DNA from: Amoebophrya sp. A120
Taxonomy: Eukaryota > Protista > Dinoflagellata
Length of the DNA stretch: 64,000 bases
Reading direction: 5' to 3'
Assembly (NCBI GenBank): GCA_905178155.1
Contig: CAJINV010000021.1
Coordinates: 417,050-481,049, forward strand
Part shown: positions 61,601 to 64,000 of the stretch, one piece after another
Layout: every line of letters starts with the position of its first letter
Position numbering within the stretch: the stretch's first letter is position 1
Program-made: the position numbers and the translations under genes
Notes under the pieces: generated by a model
Told to the model about the DNA's origin: nothing
Seen by the model: the letters and a program-made list of their open reading frames with translations, nothing else
Database searches by the model: none

Positions 61601-63357
61601 TTTTGCAGAACCCCGTTTGTCGAGCTGGACCCGGAAGTGTATTCCTGTCTCGCGCATCCGCTGTGGATTTTCGTTCAGGGGTTTCTGCTGGCAAGAACAG
61701 CTCCTCGGCGGTCATCTGCATCTGCACACCAGCAGACACCGAACCTTTACCACGAGAAGGAGCCCCCGCCCCTGCTCACCGTTCAAGAGGTTGCGGAGCT
61801 TTACGATGCCATGTCGGGGAACGTGGCGGACGTGGCACTATTTTCCGCGTTGGGAAAACTTTTTGTACGGGATTTTGTGCAACTTCTGAACGATCAAGAA
61901 GTTGTTCCAAATAGCTCGCCACAAAAACATCTTCCGCGACTTCGCCCCGTTTTGTTCACACCCGCGGAACTGTGTGTTGTCGCACACGGTTATCCAGGAG
62001 AGAACACCTATCCTCATCCATTTTCTGCATGACAAACGCTGGACTTTATGCAGGTTTTACATGACATACCAAACGAAAAAATGGGCCACAGCCAAAATTT
62101 CAAAATCTTTTTTTCCCGATTGAGGTGGCCGATGTGAGTTCTCAAGACGGAGCACTTCTGCCACTGCGTATTTTCCCTGGCCGGGGCGAGGATCACGGGT
62201 AGGTGGGCCTGCAGATGGCCTCCACCTTCGACGTCGCACCACGGGAATATCGGCGACCTATTGAAGGCAAGTGCCCTCCATCTGACCTGCCTGGTGGCAA
62301 GACTATTGATGGCTTCTCGGTCGGAACTCCAGGAGAGGCATCTGGGCACCACTGAAGGCACCCCCCTTAACGGGGTGCTTTCAGGGGGTGCCCTTCGTTG
62401 CTGTGGCCGATTTTTCGGAAACGGCCATACCATCGGTGGAAGGGGTTTCCGAAAAATCGGCCACAGCAGCGCAAGGCCGTCAATTTCGTGGCACCCCTCT
62501 GCCCTGTGGCCGATTTTTCGGAAGTGGGCGGCTTCTGCAGGACAAATGTCGAGAATCAGCTCGCATGGCCCCCCCGCCGGCGCGGCTTTTCCCAGCCCGG
62601 CAGCGCCATAGCCCAACGCCCCGTCTGGCCGAGGGTTGCAGAGGATAGCGCAGAGCCGCTTTGGCCGCGGCCTGCCAACGATTGCCGCCTACTGATATGC
62701 GCCATTTCCGCCGCGGGAATCCGTCGTCCCCGGGCCTGCGGGCCGGCCCGTCCGGGAAAAATTTTGAAAATTTGGCTGTGGCCCATTTTTTCGTTTGGTA
62801 TGACAAATTGGATGGGGATGGATCTTTTTTCTGTGGATAAAGGTCTGGCTGACGGAATTCAGTTACTGGAAATCGAAATCGAAACTGCTCCACCAAGGAC
62901 CACGGTGGGAACGGCCAAGAATGCTGAAGCGGCATATGAAAATGATCCACGTCATCAACTGCAACGTCAAAGAGCAGCCGACCAAGCTGAGCTTCGACAA
63001 GGTCTCCAGAGCGTCTGGCATGCGTTGAAAAATCACGTACCAGCGCTGGCGCCGTCTGACCGCTTGTTGTTGATCAATGCTATCGTGAAAACCGGTGAGT
63101 TGTCAGACGACTCGGAGTATCCTGTGCAAAAGTATCGTACTCGTAGTAATCGCAAACATGCATTACAAATCTTGCTCTTAAGCTAAATCCGCATTTACAA
63201 ATTTATTTATTTCTCATGCTGAGGAAATTTGTATTTGTAATGCATTTATACGAGTAGGAGTACTTTTGCAATGCATACGGAGTTCAGGCACACGATTGAA
63301 ACCCATGTTGTGAATGAAAAGGAACAGGATATCATTCAGGCAGTTGGGGCGCTTTGA
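58614..63357 (+). CDS. Large uncharacterised protein with a presequence-like N-terminus; GT-AG intron from 60183, 2 TIR introns
   Basis: ORFs 58614-60260 and 60347-62032, then AHG|LADGIQ and DDSE|FRHTIE after element removal. The junction at 60183-60425 is ambiguous (alternative acceptor or 1-nt indel). Confidence 0.68.
61991..62839. mobile_element. TIR intron containing a nested element
   Basis: TATCCAGGAGAGAACACCTATCCTCATCCA/TGGATGGGGATGGATCTTTTTTCTGTGGATA; duplication ACGGT/AAGGT; 110 bp without the nested insert. Confidence 0.87.
62067..62800. mobile_element. Nested 734-bp TIR element
   Basis: About 39-bp near-perfect TIR TACCAAACGAAAAAATGGGCCACAGCCAAA; duplication TGACA; internal repeats CTGTGGCCGATTTTTCGGAA. 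Confidence 0.94.
63118..63277. mobile_element. TIR intron, family E
   Basis: TATCCTGTGCAAAAGTA/TACTTTTGCAATGCATA; duplication CGGAG. Confidence 0.92.
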
Positions 63358-64000
63358 GGAGTTCGTTGTGGGCTCTTTCATAGATTTGTCACGAGTAAGA
63401 AGGACGTCGAGAAACAAGAATGACATAAACTGAAATGCCACGACGTGAGAACAGAACTTAGACAACTAAAAGCTTGTACTTCTCAAGTATCCGACCGAGC
63501 TTTTTTATTGTGCACTGGATGTAAGCAGTTCACTATCACTCCTGATTGGCTCCGTTTTTTCCAATGAGGGTTCAACGCGTCGGGGACTGCTGAGAGACAG
63601 GCACTGTCAAACTCCTCTTATTAAAACTTACAAGTAAGTAGGAGTGCTGTCAATTGCAGCTCTGCTAGATCGAGGGTGTTGTATCAAAATGATGAGAGAA
63701 AGAAGGAGCTGCGCCATGTGCGTGCCTAGAAGTTGGCTTACTTCATGAGAGATGTTTATTCCGAGTGATATATAACGCAATACTAGCCTTATCCCGCTTC
63801 CCGTGTCCAGTAACCTGCAGACTTAATAGTATTCCGCTAGATGAATAGTAGCGCTCAGCGTGTCTCTGTAGAGAATCGTTGTCGGCGCTTCAGCACAGGC
63901 AGGCCCATCTGCCGGCGATTTTCAAAGCGTCAGAACGGCTTCGGCACGATCCGGCACCGGCCGGCGCGGCGGGCAGGTTGGCCTTTGCCGTCATCTTGCA

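Noticed and set aside
990-63277. Genes are simply transposon-killed pseudogenes
   Set aside because: Exons flanking up to 8 insertions stay in frame with intact motifs even where the elements have decayed, implying continued function.
1-64000. Genome-wide stop-codon reassignment
   Set aside because: Long exons are stop-free in the standard code and recognisable proteins end at TGA or TAG where expected.

Overview
Eukaryotic, gene-dense window with about 15 protein-coding loci, all on the + strand. They include two tandem GT29 sialyltransferase-like genes, a TSP1-repeat adhesin, a YghU-like GST, a PP2C, an M17 leucyl aminopeptidase, a VPS9 GEF, a Ser/Thr kinase and a PPX1/Prune exopolyphosphatase. 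The architecture most resembles the parasitic dinoflagellate Amoebophrya (inference). The dominant feature is 32 transposon-like, non-GT-AG introns (31 inside exons, 1 nested in another). Each has terminal inverted repeats that start TAT/TAC/TGT and end ATA/GTA/ATG/ACA, and a 5-bp target duplication. Removing the element plus one 5-bp copy restores the reading frame and conserved motifs in every exonic case. These elements belong to at least 7 multi-copy families, occur in both orientations and share an internal GCATNACAAAT motif. A few ordinary GT-AG introns coexist with them. A second class of 1.3-2.1 kb GC-rich inserts carries long (35-107 bp) duplicated or triplicated exon segments. There are also four in-frame TGA codons and a perfect 311-bp palindrome. 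Coordinates were counted by hand and gene models are not confirmed by transcripts.
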